Below are positions 61,697-64,000 of a stretch of 64,000 nucleotides of DNA, one piece after another (position 1 is the stretch's first letter; each line of letters starts with the position of its first letter). The notes under the pieces are model-generated. The model had not been told where the DNA came from. It saw only the letters and a list, made by a program, of their open reading frames with translations, and did not search any database. Source of the DNA: a virus. Location: positions 32,001-96,000 of IMG/VR virus record IMGVR_UViG_3300009008_000005. One strand, given 5' to 3'. The translations under genes and the position numbers were made by a program.

Positions 61697-62446
61697 ATGA
61701 ACCGATATAAGATTCAGAGACAACTGCAGAAGGCCTTCAGCGGGAGAGGACCGGTGAAGAGCCTCACGTTCCCCAGTGACAGTCGCATCATCTTCAAGAC
61801 GAAAGTCATTCCCATCGTCGCAGATGGGATCACCCACAAGCTTGGCCCCTACACCGTCGAGATCGACCTAGAATGGAGGGAGGTAAAGCTCCTCACGGAC
61901 AACGACTACGACGGCTACGACTACGTAGGTACGCACCCTCACGACGACGGCGGAGGTATGTGCATGGGGAATGGGACCCACCTCTTCAAGACCCTCCTGG
62001 ATGAGAGAAAGTTCGAAGAGGCTATCCAACTCCTCCTGGTCCACATGCGGACCTGGACTCCGAGTGACGACATGGTACCCCTGTGGGTCTGGGGTGGGGT
62101 CGCACCCATGGACTTCATGACCGACAGGTTCTGCGACGAATACTGGCCCATACCGCTTCATCGCATCCCGAAAATGAATGGGAGTATCGTCTTCCCAAAG
62201 TTGCGCTCGGATCCCAACGATGTCGAGGTGGAGCACTTCACCCTACTCGGCGACGTGAGTGAGGAAGTCTATAGCGGTGGTGACACCGCCTTCATCCGAT
62301 TCGTTCGCAACACCAAAGCACGGAGAGCCACCGCAGAAGTGTTCGACCGGAAGACTCCCGGTGGTCCACTCAAGGCGTGGAAGCGCTTCTGCATGGGTGC
62401 CGAAGCTTGGGGCGAAACCTGGACCTCAAGGAGGGCTTACATATGA
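61697..62446 (+). CDS. Prokaryotic E2/UBC-fold-like protein with putative catalytic Cys
   Basis: LGPYTVEI..HPHDDGGGMCMGNG..L. Confidence 0.55.
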   Translation: MNRYKIQRQLQKAFSGRGPVKSLTFPSDSRIIFKTKVIPIVADGITHKLGPYTVEIDLEWREVKLLTDNDYDGYDYVGTHPHDDGGGMCMGNGTHLFKTLLDERKFEEAIQLLLVHMRTWTPSDDMVPLWVWGGVAPMDFMTDRFCDEYWPIPLHRIPKMNGSIVFPKLRSDPNDVEVEHFTLLGDVSEEVYSGGDTAFIRFVRNTKARRATAEVFDRKTPGGPLKAWKRFCMGAEAWGETWTSRRAYI

Positions 62447-62847
62447 CCGTGTGCAATAAAACTGATCTCACGAAGCTGCAGACCCTCGCACAGGACGTGC
62501 AGCAGCTGGTCGAGCAGTACTTCGATACGTACTGCAAGGCGGGCGATCCCTACACCACTGAGGTAAGGAGCCTTCTGGAGAATTTTCTCACTCTGTACCT
62601 CCAGGATGGCGAAGGCAGCATCTACCTCGGAATCGGACAGGGTCCGGACCCCTCCGTCGTCGAAGTGTGGCCCTCCGGGGATGCGTCCTTCTCGAAGCTG
62701 AACGACCTCTGCGACCTGCCCATCGGCGCACGGTGGGCTTTCCATATTCCGTCCGAACTCTTCAGCCCGAACTGTCGGCCTGGGTACGGGTACACCGATA
62801 ACAAACCGTACATCCCGGCCTGCTACAGTGGAGGAGAAATAGTATGA
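62443..62847 (+). CDS. Hypothetical protein (paralog of the next gene)
   Basis: KLQ..A; P..EVWP; LP..ARW..P shared with 62844. Confidence 0.65.
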   Translation: MTVCNKTDLTKLQTLAQDVQQLVEQYFDTYCKAGDPYTTEVRSLLENFLTLYLQDGEGSIYLGIGQGPDPSVVEVWPSGDASFSKLNDLCDLPIGARWAFHIPSELFSPNCRPGYGYTDNKPYIPACYSGGEIV

Positions 62848-63221
62848 GCAATGAACTCTGCAAACTCCAGGTGTTCGCAGGAGGCCTGCGGCAGCACTTG
62901 AAGGCCTTCGCAGGAACCTTCTCCGCCAAGTACCGACCGTCCAGCTACCAGATCCGAACCTCTGCGGAGGCGTACTTCCGCAAGTCGTTCCCCGGCAACC
63001 TGCTCCCCGCTGTCTGCGGGGTGTCGATGTCCACATATGCTGGTGATCCGAACATGTTCGAACTCTACCCCGCCACCGAGCCAGGGGCGGCGAAAGTCAA
63101 CAAGATCCTCGGCCTCCCCCACGAGGCAAGGTGGACCATCGTGCTCCCCAGGACCATCCTGGAGGCCAACCCGATCCTGGGTGCGCCAAGATCTGGATTC
63201 GGACGGGTGCGTGGTCCGTAG
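62844..63221 (+). CDS. Hypothetical protein (paralog of the previous gene)
   Basis: Shared motifs; downstream hairpin. Confidence 0.65.
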   Translation: MSNELCKLQVFAGGLRQHLKAFAGTFSAKYRPSSYQIRTSAEAYFRKSFPGNLLPAVCGVSMSTYAGDPNMFELYPATEPGAAKVNKILGLPHEARWTIVLPRTILEANPILGAPRSGFGRVRGP

Positions 63222-63307
63222 ACCTCTACTCACGGGTGCCCTTCGGGGTGCCCGTGGGCCCATGAGGTTTTTACGGTATAAGGCTGACGTAGACCACAGG
63301 AGGTAGC

Positions 63308-63607
63308 ATGGCGTCAAAAGTATTGATCTACGGAAAGCCTTGTACGGGGAAATTTACAATGGTGGCGGGCATGGGTTACATGGAGCAGCTAAGGGGTAGG
63401 ACTGTATTTGTCCTAGACCCTGATATCGGAAAGGAGCCCATAGATATCCTAGAGTGGATGTCAGAGAATGCTGACAGGTTCGACACTCTCGTCGTCGTAA
63501 TGCAAGAGCATATGCGGAACCCCGACAAGCTGCAGGGCGAAGATAAATCCAGCATCCTCAAGGAATTCGACACCGCCTTCAGGGTGGAGAGGGTAAAGGT
63601 GAGGTGA
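63308..63607 (+). CDS. Small P-loop-like protein
   Basis: VLIYGKPCTGKF (Walker A-like, lacks S/T). Confidence 0.55.
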   Translation: MASKVLIYGKPCTGKFTMVAGMGYMEQLRGRTVFVLDPDIGKEPIDILEWMSENADRFDTLVVVMQEHMRNPDKLQGEDKSSILKEFDTAFRVERVKVR

Positions 63608-63608
63608 C

Positions 63609-63815
63609 ATGAGAGATCCTGACGAAAGTATGCTCAGGGGGACCTTGCGTTCCACCCTTGAGAAGAGATGTGCCTCCTACTGCATGGATGACCCCGAAGA
63701 CCGGGAGCATGCCGTAGACGAACTGGAGGAGGCCATGCTGAAGTATATCGGTGTCGTCTGCCATAACCTTCGAGTACGCTGGAACGAGATGCGTGACGCA
63801 GAGGAGCTACTATGA
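63609..63815 (+). CDS. Hypothetical protein
   Basis: GAGGT RBS. Confidence 0.6.
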   Translation: MRDPDESMLRGTLRSTLEKRCASYCMDDPEDREHAVDELEEAMLKYIGVVCHNLRVRWNEMRDAEELL

Positions 63816-64000
63816 GCCCTACACCGAACTTCCAAGCACGTTCTTCCATGGCTGCGGAGAACTTCCGTAGCACTGCGGACTTTCTCCTGGAGACTCAGGG
63901 TTGGACTCTGCATGGACCTGATACAATGGTCACCAATGGAGTCCGTATCTCGCAGATCGCCACAGGGAACATCACGAACCCGTTCTACTTCCTGTACCAC
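63812..64000 (+). CDS. Hypothetical protein, partial
   Basis: ATGA coupling; frame open to the window end. Confidence 0.5.
   Translation, partial: MSPTPNFQARSSMAAENFRSTADFLLETQGWTLHGPDTMVTNGVRISQIATGNITNPFYFLYH

Noticed and set aside
1-64000. Stop-codon reassignment, as seen in some large phages
   Set aside because: Long genes are intact in the standard code, TAG/TGA/TAA all end genes at coupled junctions, and no suppressor (CUA/UUA/UCA) tRNA was found.

Overview
This window is a segment of a large tailed dsDNA phage genome (jumbo/myovirus-like; roughly 55-60% GC by eye). No rRNA, CRISPR array or integrase was seen. Layout: (1) minus-strand late/virion blocks at about 1-16.8 kb, 19.7-28.9 kb and 46.6-55.4 kb. 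These carry a tape-measure-like protein, baseplate/tail-like proteins, holin/spanin-like genes, a sigma70-family factor, a phosphoesterase-fused ATP-dependent DNA ligase, a GNAT, ADP-ribosyltransferase-fold proteins, a zincin and glycine-zipper proteins. (2) Plus-strand early-type genes in small promoter-RBS-gene-terminator cassettes with a GGnATAAG(A/G)A promoter motif: RlmN-like radical SAM, HD hydrolase, Ub-like and E2-like proteins, SPFH, a PG-binding lysin and many hypotheticals. (3) A minus-strand tRNA array (35-46 kb) with 36 apparently intact tRNA genes covering all 20 amino acids, plus one chimeric tRNA, one half tRNA, three tRNA-like RNAs without a normal anticodon arm and three rod-like ncRNA candidates. 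Most notable: a dispersed 15-bp palindrome TATTTCG-N-YGAAATA (9 close matches plus 1 degenerate) whose arms match the ParB-family Noc site; a family of basic virion-block proteins with K-x-[AS] motifs at termini and domain junctions carrying host-takeover enzyme domains; five tRNA-Leu genes all lacking the long variable arm; and tRNA mimics inside the array. All calls come from reading motifs by eye; no database searches were run.
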